A stretch of 64,000 nucleotides of DNA, taken from the NCBI GenBank assembly GCA_036351155.1, contig JAZBOO010000099.1, forward strand, positions 947 to 64,946, in the 5' to 3' direction. Positions 13,739 through 22,952 of the stretch are shown here, in pieces. Positions within the stretch are counted from its first letter, which is position 1. Every line of letters starts with the position of its first letter. Both the position numbers and the translations under genes were made by a program. The notes under the pieces were generated by a model. That model ran no database searches. It saw only the letters and a list, made by a program, of their open reading frames with translations, and was not told the origin of the DNA. The DNA comes from Candidatus Krumholzibacteriia bacterium. Its GTDB lineage: Bacteria > Krumholzibacteriota > Krumholzibacteriia > LZORAL124-64-63.

Positions 13739-16700
13739 TCATCGTTCCACCGCCAGGGTCATGGTACGAATTTCATTGCCACTGGTACCGGGATAAACCA
13801 GCCGGCCCAGATAAACACCACTGCTGGCCATGGAGCAGTCGAAGCGGTGTTCCACCACCTGCCCACCGTCCACGCTGAATGTCTCGCTGGAAACCTGTTC
13901 GCCTTCCAGATTGTAGAGCTCGAATCGGGCCTGGCCACTGCCGCCGCTGAAGAAACGCACGGTCACTTCACCTTCGCTGGCGGGATTGGGATACAGGTAG
14001 GCCTGGTCCCTTTCCCGGGCAGCCGGGGCCACCGACCCCAGGTCCTGGGGCGTGCCCTCACTGCCGGCACGCAGAGCACCACCGGCGGGGCCATACCAGC
14101 CGCTGGTCACGGGATCGCCCGCTCCGGCAGCCAGGAGTTCGTAGGCCACCAGACGTCCGTTGGTGAACTGTCGGTCCATGGGCTCTCCGGTGTACCCACC
14201 CTGGGACATCAGGTACAGATGGCGCTTGCCGGTTGCGGCCGAAGGTTGTCCCACGGCAAAGCCGGCACCGGCGGTATCCCCCCAGAGGAAGGGCGTGTTG
14301 TCGATCAAGCGGCCGGTGGCATTCAGGCCCACCAGGTGGCCGCCGTCAGTGTTGAAGAAGAGCTCGTTCACGCCATCGCCCGTCGCGTCCACGATCACCG
14401 AGGGCCCGGTGACCCGGGTTTCAGGATCGAGCGGGAACAGGTCGAAGAAACGAACAGGGAAGCCGCGCAAGGGCACACCGCTGGCCTGGAACCCGTAAAT
14501 GTGTGAGGCCGTCAACAGGATCAGATCGTCCCGGCCGTCGCCATCCAGATCGGCCACCGCCGGCTCGGATACCAGGGGGTCGTGGACCGGCAGGAGATCC
14601 TCGTTGGTCACTTCGCCATCGGAGGCCAGATTCCACCCGCCGAGACACCCGTTGTCGTCAAACAGCCAGAGCAGATCCCGGTCTTCCAGCTGAACCACCG
14701 CGCTGTGCAGAGCCCCTGCCGGGCTGCCCGGAAATTCCGTCCAGCTGGAAAAATCGACAGTCCCCTCGCTGACCTGAACCTGGACAAAACCTTCCTCGAG
14801 GAAACCCAGGAGAGTTTCGTTGCCTGGCCGGGCCAGCAATCGAGGAGCACTCAGCCAGGACTGGGCGGTTTGTCCGGCTTCGCTGGAAATGCTCAATCCC
14901 GTTTCGACAACTGATCCGTCACCATCCAGCAACAGCAGAGAATCGGGCGCGGCAAAAGCCGCAATCCGCAGTCCGTTCGCAGTGTCCACGGCCAGCGGGC
15001 CACTGATCAGGCTGTCCACCAGATCGTGAGCCCAGCCACCGGGCACCTCCGCGGGATTGAAGGTACTCAAGCCAATGGTTCCACGCACGGTGGCATAGGC
15101 CACCGCAGCCTCGCTGGACGGGTGTCCCGGAACCGAAACCGGTGCACCGGCCAGGGGGGAATCCAGGGCCAGGAAGGATCCGGCCGGTCGGCCGGCGGGC
15201 GGAACAAAGCGCGCATTCCCGTCGGCATTCAGAGCAAACAGGGACCCGGGAAAATCGCCCCCGGTCCAGCCGTCGGGCGCCTGGTCGGCGAACACGACAA
15301 ATTCACGGTTGGCCACCGAGAGCGGAGTGCCGGAAGTCACAGCCATGGCTCTTGGGCCCTGCGAACCACCAGCTCCCGCGGCCAGGGTCGAATCAACCGG
15401 GGCCATTTCCCAGGGAAAGCCCGGGGCCAGGGGGCTGATTTCTCCCGTGAAGACCACCACGCTGGAGGAGCGCACACTATTGGCGCGGATATCACTCAGC
15501 GAAAGGCCCGACCAGGACCGATCAAACATGCGGCTGGAAGGGAAGGCATCGGTGTATATGTTCTGGAAGCCATTGTCCTCGCCAAAGGGATCACGATAGC
15601 TTCCGTACCACCCCAGCACATAGGAATCGAGCACCCCCACATCCTGGATACCATCGGCCTCCAGAATGCGCAGGCCGTCGCCCCAGGCGTTGATGGTGTT
15701 GGTCTCGAGGTTCTCGGCAATGCGGTCGTTGTTCACATGCCAGGCGAGCAGTCCGCCGGCGGGCAGGAAAAAATCGTACATTCCGGAATTGGTCCAGTTG
15801 CCAAAACGTTCCCCGGCCAGATACAGAACCACGCCTGTTTCTTCGTCACGCTCGAATGCAAAACCGCCGTAAGGCGTGTAGGTGAAGTTCTCGTCAGGGA
15901 AAGGCACATAGCGGTTTTCCAGCAGGAAAAACTCCCGTGGGGAAACTCCGGCCTTGATGACCTGGGGATAGTTCAGGTCGAAATCGCCACTGCCGGCATC
16001 CCAGAGGGAATACTGATCGCGCGGCACCTGAACGGCGGGCAAACGGTATTCCTTGCTCCTGCCCTCGATTTCCTCGGCTTCAACCCAGCCCAGGAACCAC
16101 TTGTTCCACACACCCAGCGAGGGGGGCAGAACGCCCACCGCGGTGATGAGGCTGATGGTGCCGTCATCCTCTTCCTGACCCAGGGTCACGGGCAGATTGG
16201 TGCCGGAATCCATGAGATCCCAGATGCCCACCTGGGGCAAGCCGGACGCCGTGTTGTAGATATCCACCAGACCCAGAGCATGGCCGAACTCGTGGTAGAA
16301 AGCGGCGGCTATGCTGCCGGGATACCCGTCCTGGTTGGTGGTCTCCGGAATGATGGAACACTCGCTGAGAGATCCGCCGGAACTGGGCAGATCCTGGGGC
16401 TCACCCAGTGTCACAAAGAAGGTGGGGATGTCATTGGGTGAATCGCCGTTGATGTCGCTCTGCCAGTCGCTGCCGGCATGCACGAAGATGATGTAGGTGA
16501 AAGGGTCATTGTCGTCGTAGAGAGACAGATCCGCCGATCCGTCGGCCGCTGTTTCTTCGTCGGCCTTGACCATCATGTCCCTCACCAGGCGCTCCAGGCT
16601 TTCGATGGACCAGAAGCCCTCGCTGCCCGGGCCGTAATCGGCCACATCGGTCAGCTTGTAACTATCGTTTTCACCTTCGGGCAGCACCCGACCGGCGATG

Positions 16701-17302
16701 TGCAACCGCCCCCCGGACTGGTAGTTGTAGTACTCGCTCAAACCTGTCAGATGTGATTCGTAGAAGGCCTTGTTGTGCGGCGGTGGATCGATCTGAATCC
16801 CACCTGTGTCAGGCGGCGGGGTCAAAACGAAATCACCCCCGGGGTCGATGGTCGTCAGCTGGGAATCGCGGTTGGCCTCGAAACCGATGCGGACCAGAAG
16901 GACCCGCAGGGTATCGACCCCGGCAAAGGCCTTGTTCGCGGCACCGACTCCGGTGAGACGGGATTTGCCGTAACCACGCTCGGCCAGCAGAGCCTGTCCC
17001 TTGCGGGAAACGTGCTGCGGGCCCACCAGCTGGTGGATGGCCTGCCAGCGGCGAAAATACTCGCCTTGCCGGTGCTGCTCACGCTCGATCCGTTCGGGAC
17101 CGTCGGGCAGGTTGCGGATGGCTGTCCAGTCGTTGCCCATCACGGGCAAGCGATGGTAGTGCCCATGGCCGTCCTCCGCCCAGGCATCGGTCGTGGTGAT
17201 CAATGGAGCTGCCGCCAGGGCAACTCCACCGATGAGCACACACAACTTGAGGGATTGCCGCATCAGACGGCAAACACTTTGAAATAAGGGCTGCAAAGCC
17301 AT
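13739..17302 (-). CDS. M6-family (immune inhibitor A-like) zinc metalloprotease, 1187 aa, with a C-terminal T9SS-type (FlgD-Ig-like) sorting domain
   Basis: HEFGHALGLVDIYN matches the M6/InhA HExxHxxGxxD zinc site. N-terminal signal peptide. The last ~75 aa (ARFELYNLEGEQV...GVYLGRLVY...IRTMTLAVER) align with the C-terminal domain of the C25 peptidase at 18468..22679. Confidence 0.65.
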   Translation of the reverse strand: MALQPLFQSVCRLMRQSLKLCVLIGGVALAAAPLITTTDAWAEDGHGHYHRLPVMGNDWTAIRNLPDGPERIEREQHRQGEYFRRWQAIHQLVGPQHVSRKGQALLAERGYGKSRLTGVGAANKAFAGVDTLRVLLVRIGFEANRDSQLTTIDPGGDFVLTPPPDTGGIQIDPPPHNKAFYESHLTGLSEYYNYQSGGRLHIAGRVLPEGENDSYKLTDVADYGPGSEGFWSIESLERLVRDMMVKADEETAADGSADLSLYDDNDPFTYIIFVHAGSDWQSDINGDSPNDIPTFFVTLGEPQDLPSSGGSLSECSIIPETTNQDGYPGSIAAAFYHEFGHALGLVDIYNTASGLPQVGIWDLMDSGTNLPVTLGQEEDDGTISLITAVGVLPPSLGVWNKWFLGWVEAEEIEGRSKEYRLPAVQVPRDQYSLWDAGSGDFDLNYPQVIKAGVSPREFFLLENRYVPFPDENFTYTPYGGFAFERDEETGVVLYLAGERFGNWTNSGMYDFFLPAGGLLAWHVNNDRIAENLETNTINAWGDGLRILEADGIQDVGVLDSYVLGWYGSYRDPFGEDNGFQNIYTDAFPSSRMFDRSWSGLSLSDIRANSVRSSSVVVFTGEISPLAPGFPWEMAPVDSTLAAGAGGSQGPRAMAVTSGTPLSVANREFVVFADQAPDGWTGGDFPGSLFALNADGNARFVPPAGRPAGSFLALDSPLAGAPVSVPGHPSSEAAVAYATVRGTIGLSTFNPAEVPGGWAHDLVDSLISGPLAVDTANGLRIAAFAAPDSLLLLDGDGSVVETGLSISSEAGQTAQSWLSAPRLLARPGNETLLGFLEEGFVQVQVSEGTVDFSSWTEFPGSPAGALHSAVVQLEDRDLLWLFDDNGCLGGWNLASDGEVTNEDLLPVHDPLVSEPAVADLDGDGRDDLILLTASHIYGFQASGVPLRGFPVRFFDLFPLDPETRVTGPSVIVDATGDGVNELFFNTDGGHLVGLNATGRLIDNTPFLWGDTAGAGFAVGQPSAATGKRHLYLMSQGGYTGEPMDRQFTNGRLVAYELLAAGAGDPVTSGWYGPAGGALRAGSEGTPQDLGSVAPAARERDQAYLYPNPASEGEVTVRFFSGGSGQARFELYNLEGEQVSSETFSVDGGQVVEHRFDCSMASSGVYLGRLVYPGTSGNEIRTMTLAVER

Positions 17303-17352
17303 TCTCCTTAACTCAGGGGGAGTCAGGCAGCCTGGTTATCACGGCAATTAAG

Positions 17353-17370
17353 CCGGCAGATCACTGCCGG
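17353..17370 (-). terminator. Possible weak hairpin downstream of the porV-like gene
   Basis: CCGGCAG-atca-CTGCCGG 7-bp stem just after the stop at 17376. The 3' flank on the reverse strand is only moderately U-rich (CUUAAUUGCC). Confidence 0.2.
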
Positions 17371-17375
17371 GACGA

Positions 17376-18404
17376 CTAGAAACGGTAACCCAGCGAAATC
17401 CGGCTGACCCGGTCCAGGCCCTTGGCCTGAGGCACCGAGGCAAAATCGATGGTGATGGCCTGTCCGGACCATTCCTGCATATCGACGCCGAAGCCATAGG
17501 TCGTGTCCTGGATGTCACCGTACTTGGCGCTCTTGTAACCGAAGCGCACGAACAGGGAGCGCAGGTAGTTCCACTCGACACCGCCGCCGTACTCGTTGTA
17601 CTCGGTGTCCAGGCCAAACCCGTAGTCATTGCCCTTCCACTTGTAGAGGGGCACCTGGTAGTCGGCCACCACCAGCAAGCCCATGAACTGGCTGTGGTAC
17701 AGGCTGTGGGCAATGCCCATGGTCAGCTTGCGGGGCATGGGATCGCTCTGATCGGCATCGACATGCTTGATGTCGGGGCCCAGGTTGGACACGGCCACAC
17801 CGATGTTCGACTTGATGGACGGAACCTTCCACAGCATACCCAGATCCACACCGAAGCTGTCGCCGGAGCCACCGCCGTTGGGGTCCTGGATGATGTCGTC
17901 GGGGCTCAGCTTGTCACGGAAGTACTTGATCCCCATTCCCACACCCAGGGTCTGGCTCAACCGCACTCCGTAAGTGGCGTGAACAGCGAACATGTAGCTG
18001 TGAAAGACGCCAGTGGGATCACCGTTCTCGTCCGTGCCCTCCTGGTCGCCCATGTCCAGGTAGTTCATGGCAAAGCCCATGGCCCCATGGTTTCCCACGG
18101 GCATGCCGTAGCCACCCCAGTAAAGGCCGATATCATCGGCCAGGCCCTGGGCCAGACTGGACTGCATGATGTGGGCATCGTGCTGCTTTTCACGGTCGGC
18201 CATGAAGGCCAGGCCGCCGGGATTCCACCAGATCGAAGTCACGTCCTGGGACAGGGCCACGCCGGACTCACCCAGGGCGTTATACCGGGCACCGATGGGG
18301 AACGTCAGGTTGATGGCGCCGGCGCCGGAGCCGGCCATGGCGCTGCCGGCCAGGCCCAGAACCAGGGCCAGGCCCAGAGAGATCGCTGTCAGGTTCCGCT
18401 TCAT
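17376..18404 (-). CDS. porV: PorV/PorQ-family (FadL-like) outer-membrane beta-barrel, candidate T9SS shuttle PorV
   Basis: 342 aa with signal peptide (MKRNLTAISLGLALVLGLAGSAMA). N-terminal block GARYNALGESGVALSQDVTSIWWNPGGLAF resembles the FadL/PorV signature (G-A-R-x-x-a-L-G-g-A...NPAGL). Barrel-like C-terminus ending ISLGYRF. Sits immediately downstream of the C25 (porU-like) gene, as in the known porU-porV pair. SD GGAGGT lies upstream. Confidence 0.5.
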   Translation of the reverse strand: MKRNLTAISLGLALVLGLAGSAMAGSGAGAINLTFPIGARYNALGESGVALSQDVTSIWWNPGGLAFMADREKQHDAHIMQSSLAQGLADDIGLYWGGYGMPVGNHGAMGFAMNYLDMGDQEGTDENGDPTGVFHSYMFAVHATYGVRLSQTLGVGMGIKYFRDKLSPDDIIQDPNGGGSGDSFGVDLGMLWKVPSIKSNIGVAVSNLGPDIKHVDADQSDPMPRKLTMGIAHSLYHSQFMGLLVVADYQVPLYKWKGNDYGFGLDTEYNEYGGGVEWNYLRSLFVRFGYKSAKYGDIQDTTYGFGVDMQEWSGQAITIDFASVPQAKGLDRVSRISLGYRF

Positions 18405-18467
18405 CTGTCTTTACCTCCGCTACAGTTCATTTCCAGGTCCCGAAGGACCGTCTCTTCTTGGCAAATA

Positions 18468-21400
18468 TCAACGCATGATGACGAGTTTCCCCGTCTGTCG
18501 CAGTTCTCGTCCGTCACCGGAATCCATGGTTCCCCGCAGTACGTACAGGTAGGTTCCATTGGCAATCTCATCGCCCTCCTGGTCTTCACCATCCCAGGAC
18601 AGGATCTGAGGGCCTTCAGCCAGGGATTCGGTGTGGGTCCAGATTCGCTTGCCGCTGAGGGTATAGATGTCCCAGCGGATTTCCATCGCGTCACTGATAT
18701 CAAATATCAATCGGCACGGGCCCGGTGTAGGGTTAGGAAAAACCGTGGCATCGCGGATGCCGGGCACGCCGTACTCGGCCACCGTGAAGCTCAGCGTATC
18801 GGATCCCACGTTCCCCAGAGCGTCACTCGCATGAAGGGCCACGGCGTGCTTTCCTTCGGAGATGTCGCCAGGCAAGGGAAAGATCACCCGCCCGGTGGTG
18901 TAACTGTTGGGGTCGTAATTGAACGACTCGGTCACCTCGGTCATGAAACCGGTGTTATCAAACTCCAGCAAGATACTGTTGCCCGGAGTGGTCCCGAGCA
19001 TGGCAATGCCACTGGTGTCGGTCAGGGTGGCATTCAAGGAATCGCCCGGACGCACCCGGTACGGGTTGGGCAATGCCAGGGCAATGGACGGCCCCAGAAC
19101 ATCGTCCACCGGACCGGTGGCCGAACGGACGGCCGGCACTTGCATCTGGCCGCCATGCTGGCCGTCGGGCCCTTCGATGACCAGCCGGACACTGGCCCGG
19201 TCACCATAGCGCAGCTGGGCCGGGACCTTGAAGGGCACGGCCAGGTTGTCCCCACTCATGGTGCCGGTTCCCCGGAACACCGGAGCGCCCAGCTTGACGA
19301 AAGTGCGCTCGGAAGGTGTGTAGACGTATCTCGGCGGATCCTGGGTGTAATCCAGGTAGTAAGAATTGACGATGTACACCTTGTCGTAGGCAGATTCCTG
19401 GACCCGCAGGTCATAGGAGTCTCCCGCCCCGAGCATGGCCCCTCCCGCCCCGGTGGTCGCTTCCACCACCTGCAGGGCTCCGGAGCGCAGGGTGTCCACC
19501 GAGGTGCTGGCAAAAGCCAGATCGCTGACCGGGTTGGGCAAACGCAATCCCGGGTCACTGAACAGGGTGTAGCGCTGGCTGTTACGCCGCGTCCGGAACG
19601 AAGCCATCTCGGCCTTGCCGGCCATCAGGGCCTGGGACACCGTCACATCTTCGGCCACCTGCCCCGAGGGGTACAGGCTACTGTAGAAGGCGTTGCTCAG
19701 CAGGTTGTTGTCACTGATGAAGCTGACCTGGCTGGCACAGATGGTCCCGATGGCCCCCCCGTTCTCACTGGCGATGAACAGCTCGGCCATGGAGCGGCGC
19801 AGAGGATTGTCATAGACCCCCACATCGCAGCTGAAGGCCACGAACAAAGGGCGGCGTAACCCATTGGTCAGGTTGGCGATATCACGAGATTGAAAGATCT
19901 GCTCGTCGGCCAGATTGTCCTCGGCCCCGTGCCCCACGTAATGGAACAGGGTGGTGCCGGCATTCAGGGCCGCATTGATATCAGCCCGCACCTGAGGTTT
20001 GACGAGGGACCCGGGCGGGAAATCGTATTCCACACCATAGATCTTCAGGATGTCGAGTTCCTGAGGGATGTAGCTTCCGGCCAACAACTCGGCTTCCAGC
20101 ATGTGCGAAATCTCGGTGGTGATCGGATGAGGATAGTGACTGGGACGATTGCAGTCGTCGCTGGTCATCAAGAGGTTGTTGCGCCACATACCCGCCGGCG
20201 GATTGTCCCCGTATTCGATCATGAGATCCACCATGCTCCGGGCTTCCGCCACCGTGGTGGCCGGCAAGCGCCCGGTGGCCAGATCCGGAATATCCAGACC
20301 CACAGTCGGATCCGGGACATCGAAGGAAGAAAGGCCGTCGTCGCTGGCGTAGGGCGCATTGCGCAGATCCGTGGCTCCGTTGATGGGGAAAGCGGTGCGC
20401 AATTCAGCCGGCACGAAATCCCACAGATCCACGAACGGAGCATGCCCCAGATAGTTGCGAAAATCCCGGCTGGCGTTGCCCAGGAAGCAGGCAAACTGCA
20501 ACCGACCTTCCGCCTCGTACACATATTTCAGGTAGTTGCGGATGGCCATGGCATCCTTGCGGCCACCGGAGAAGTTGTTGTAGATCTCCTGTACCGAAAC
20601 GGCTCGGGCCGAGGGGTTGTCCACCCCGACCAGGGTCTGGTCATGGAAATCAGCCAGATCTTGCGCCGCCTGGACAAATGGCTCGGCATAGATCACCAGG
20701 TAGTCCAAGGCGGTATCCTGGCTGCGCAGGTCCACCGGACTGACCCGCTGGGCCGAGGTCACTTCCAGAAGCTGGCCCAGATCCTGGGCCACCAGGTGGA
20801 GGTCGATGTCCGGATCTCTGGTCACTCCCAGGGTCAACACCGGAGGCGATTCCCCCGTGGGTTCTCCTTCCAGCTGCCGGGGTGCCTGAGGATTGGAAAC
20901 GTCCCAGACCATCGTGGAGGACAGGGCCGAAACGGTGAGATTGATGTCAAAGGCTGTGCCGATGGCCGACACTTCGTCACCCCAGAGAGTGAAGGCGAAG
21001 GGCTCATTCGACCCGCGCATATCGAGATCGGACCAGTACAGCAGATCGAAATAATCCAGGGCCAGAGGCACGCCGCCGCCGCCGGTGTTGACGAACGTGA
21101 AGCTGTTCTGCCCCGTTACCAGCTGGGTGCTGCTACCCAGGAGACGAACCTGGGCACTGTCGTGCTGGGCATTCCGGAAAAAACTGGTGCTGGCAGAATG
21201 TTCGCTGTCACCGTTCAGCCATCCTTCGGCGGCAAACTGGTAGGTGGAGCTGGTATAGCGGCCCGGATGGCCCCGGAAGCCGATAACGAAACGGGCCTCC
21301 TGGCCTTCCACCGGGTGACGCACCTCGAAAGACCCGGTGCTGGAAGTGGTGACTCCGGGATTCCATGCCCAGTTGTCCTCGACAATACCGGCGGACTCGA

Positions 21401-22679
21401 CGGCTTGCCTCTCGACATGAAGGCGCAGACGGGCCATGGTGACGGTCTGTCCACCGAGGGCCGAGGCACCCGTAGATGCGACCCGCAGGGGTGCTCCGGG
21501 CAAAGCCGATCCGCCGGAAAGACCATCCCAGGTGATCCAGTACACACCGGAGCCGGAGTAAGGATGGTCGAAATGATCAAGACGGCCTGCCCTGGGATCC
21601 AGGCGATCAGTCCAGGTCGAGGCAGAAACCCCGTAGAAACGCAGTTCATCGTCGAGGTTCCACTCGCCGTCTCCTCCATCGATGACCTGGATGGCCACCT
21701 CGGTCAGCCCCACCCTCTGGGGCTGCTCGCCCTCGGCCACCGCCACATCGGAAGCCAGGTTCAGGCCCCCACCCTGGAAAACCCGCAGGCTGGCCGGGTC
21801 GATGTCCGAAGCAGGAACGCCAAAATCGGCCATTTCCTCACCGGTGACGCGAAACACGCCGGTCTGATCGAGTTCCAGTCGGACCCAGTTGCTCGTCAAG
21901 TCGAAAGGATTGAACTGTCCACGCCCGGAGGCCTTGGCCTGCTGAGCCTGCTGCTCCAGGAACACCCGTCCACCCTGGGCCAGGGCCTGGAACAGTTCGG
22001 CGTTCAAAACGCCGCGGGGCATCATGGACTCTCCAGTGGCGAAACCACCAGCAGCCTTGGCATCTCGGGCCAGTCGCAGCTGTTCCCGGGGCTGGCCAGA
22101 GGCGGTGTGCTGAATACTCAGGGTCAGAGAGCGCAGAACGCCCCCCTGGGCTCCCAGCTTGACCAATCCCCCGGCCAGAGGCACCGTCCGGAAAATGGCC
22201 GGCGCCCCGAATTCAATCAGCGCCGCGTCTTCCAGTGCCTGATCCGGCAGACGCCACCAGCGTACGCCGCTGACACTGACCTGCAGAGACTCGCGGGTGG
22301 GCACGGCCAGGGTCAGGGGCATCCGAGGAGGCAGAAGCACGGGATCCGGTCCCGATTCTTCATCCACGGTGTGGGGCAAGGCCCAGATCACCTGGTCCAG
22401 GGTCAGTTCGTCCCAGCTTTCCGGTTCCTGAATGACCGGAAAGTCCAGGCGTATGCGTGTCAGATCCTGGCTGCTTTCAAGAACCTGGACCACCGGGGGA
22501 GCCATGCGGGCTTGCTCGGCCAGGGTGGCGGCTCCTGCAGGCTCCGGCTGCAACAGTCCCAGGAGGCCAAAGCAGGCGACAAAAATGGCGGCCTGCCAGA
22601 CCAGAGAACGGGGCCCCAGCGTACGCCCGTGAGGGATCAAACCGGTATGGGACGGAAAGACAAACTGGTCGCGACGCAT
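18468..22679 (-). CDS. porU: Gingipain-like C25 cysteine peptidase with a C-terminal T9SS sorting domain (PorU-like sortase candidate)
   Basis: Track ORF 18468..22949 (1493 aa). The probable start is M91 (22679), MRRDQFVFPSH... followed by a hydrophobic signal (LVWQAAIFVACFGLLGLLQPEPAGAA). Clan CD catalytic dyad context HYVGHGAED...(33 aa)...FVAFSCDVG, spaced like the gingipain His/Cys. C-terminal beta-sandwich sorting domain IYTLSGKRIWTH...LSWDGEDQEGDEIANGTYLYVLRG...TGKLVIMR. Confidence 0.6.
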   Translation of the reverse strand: MRRDQFVFPSHTGLIPHGRTLGPRSLVWQAAIFVACFGLLGLLQPEPAGAATLAEQARMAPPVVQVLESSQDLTRIRLDFPVIQEPESWDELTLDQVIWALPHTVDEESGPDPVLLPPRMPLTLAVPTRESLQVSVSGVRWWRLPDQALEDAALIEFGAPAIFRTVPLAGGLVKLGAQGGVLRSLTLSIQHTASGQPREQLRLARDAKAAGGFATGESMMPRGVLNAELFQALAQGGRVFLEQQAQQAKASGRGQFNPFDLTSNWVRLELDQTGVFRVTGEEMADFGVPASDIDPASLRVFQGGGLNLASDVAVAEGEQPQRVGLTEVAIQVIDGGDGEWNLDDELRFYGVSASTWTDRLDPRAGRLDHFDHPYSGSGVYWITWDGLSGGSALPGAPLRVASTGASALGGQTVTMARLRLHVERQAVESAGIVEDNWAWNPGVTTSSTGSFEVRHPVEGQEARFVIGFRGHPGRYTSSTYQFAAEGWLNGDSEHSASTSFFRNAQHDSAQVRLLGSSTQLVTGQNSFTFVNTGGGGVPLALDYFDLLYWSDLDMRGSNEPFAFTLWGDEVSAIGTAFDINLTVSALSSTMVWDVSNPQAPRQLEGEPTGESPPVLTLGVTRDPDIDLHLVAQDLGQLLEVTSAQRVSPVDLRSQDTALDYLVIYAEPFVQAAQDLADFHDQTLVGVDNPSARAVSVQEIYNNFSGGRKDAMAIRNYLKYVYEAEGRLQFACFLGNASRDFRNYLGHAPFVDLWDFVPAELRTAFPINGATDLRNAPYASDDGLSSFDVPDPTVGLDIPDLATGRLPATTVAEARSMVDLMIEYGDNPPAGMWRNNLLMTSDDCNRPSHYPHPITTEISHMLEAELLAGSYIPQELDILKIYGVEYDFPPGSLVKPQVRADINAALNAGTTLFHYVGHGAEDNLADEQIFQSRDIANLTNGLRRPLFVAFSCDVGVYDNPLRRSMAELFIASENGGAIGTICASQVSFISDNNLLSNAFYSSLYPSGQVAEDVTVSQALMAGKAEMASFRTRRNSQRYTLFSDPGLRLPNPVSDLAFASTSVDTLRSGALQVVEATTGAGGAMLGAGDSYDLRVQESAYDKVYIVNSYYLDYTQDPPRYVYTPSERTFVKLGAPVFRGTGTMSGDNLAVPFKVPAQLRYGDRASVRLVIEGPDGQHGGQMQVPAVRSATGPVDDVLGPSIALALPNPYRVRPGDSLNATLTDTSGIAMLGTTPGNSILLEFDNTGFMTEVTESFNYDPNSYTTGRVIFPLPGDISEGKHAVALHASDALGNVGSDTLSFTVAEYGVPGIRDATVFPNPTPGPCRLIFDISDAMEIRWDIYTLSGKRIWTHTESLAEGPQILSWDGEDQEGDEIANGTYLYVLRGTMDSGDGRELRQTGKLVIMR

Positions 22680-22949
22680 TTTTCCCAATTTCTGAAAAAG
22701 GTTTTCAAGGTCGGGAAGCATCCCTCCCAGACCGCCCAGGATGGCGGGCAGACTGGCAAAGGGCATGAATAACAACAAGATAAGACTGAAAATACCACCG
22801 GCCAGTTCCAGACGCCAGTCGGGATGGTCATAGTGGGGAATCGCATCGAGCACCGCATGGCTGGCGATGCCCGCGAGCAAGCCGATCACGGGATTCCCGG
22901 TCATCCCTCCCGCCAGTGCCCCGGCCGCGAAATGCGTGAACAGGCACAT
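22680..22949 (-). other. In-frame 90-codon N-terminal extension of the porU ORF: either a separate small His-rich membrane protein or a membrane anchor fused to PorU
   Basis: MCLFTHFAAGALAGGMTGNPVIGLLAGIASHAVLDAIPHYDHPDWRLELAGGIFSLILLLFMPFASLPAILGG has two hydrophobic helices and an HxxxD...HYDH motif like membrane-bound metal-dependent hydrolases (YdjM-like). Its ATG at 22949 overlaps the Trm112 stop, suggesting translational coupling. There is no stop before the peptidase. Confidence 0.25.
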
Positions 22950-22952
22950 GAT

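Noticed and set aside
18405-18467. GGTCC-ttcg-GGACC tetraloop hairpin between the porU-like and porV-like genes
   Set aside because: 5-bp stem with no U-tract. It sits within a 63-nt gap carrying the porV SD, so it is more likely mRNA structure than a terminator.
19890-22772. 960-aa plus-strand ORF, and similar long antisense ORFs (8656..9915, 12591..13796, 15026..16441, 17694..19859, 25877..28426, 43549..45348, 49888..51630, 51996..53795)
   Set aside because: All lie opposite strongly supported genes (porU-like, M6, dnaE, nuo subunits). They have Gly/Arg/Pro/His-rich compositions typical of stop-poor antisense frames in high-GC DNA and no recognisable motifs.
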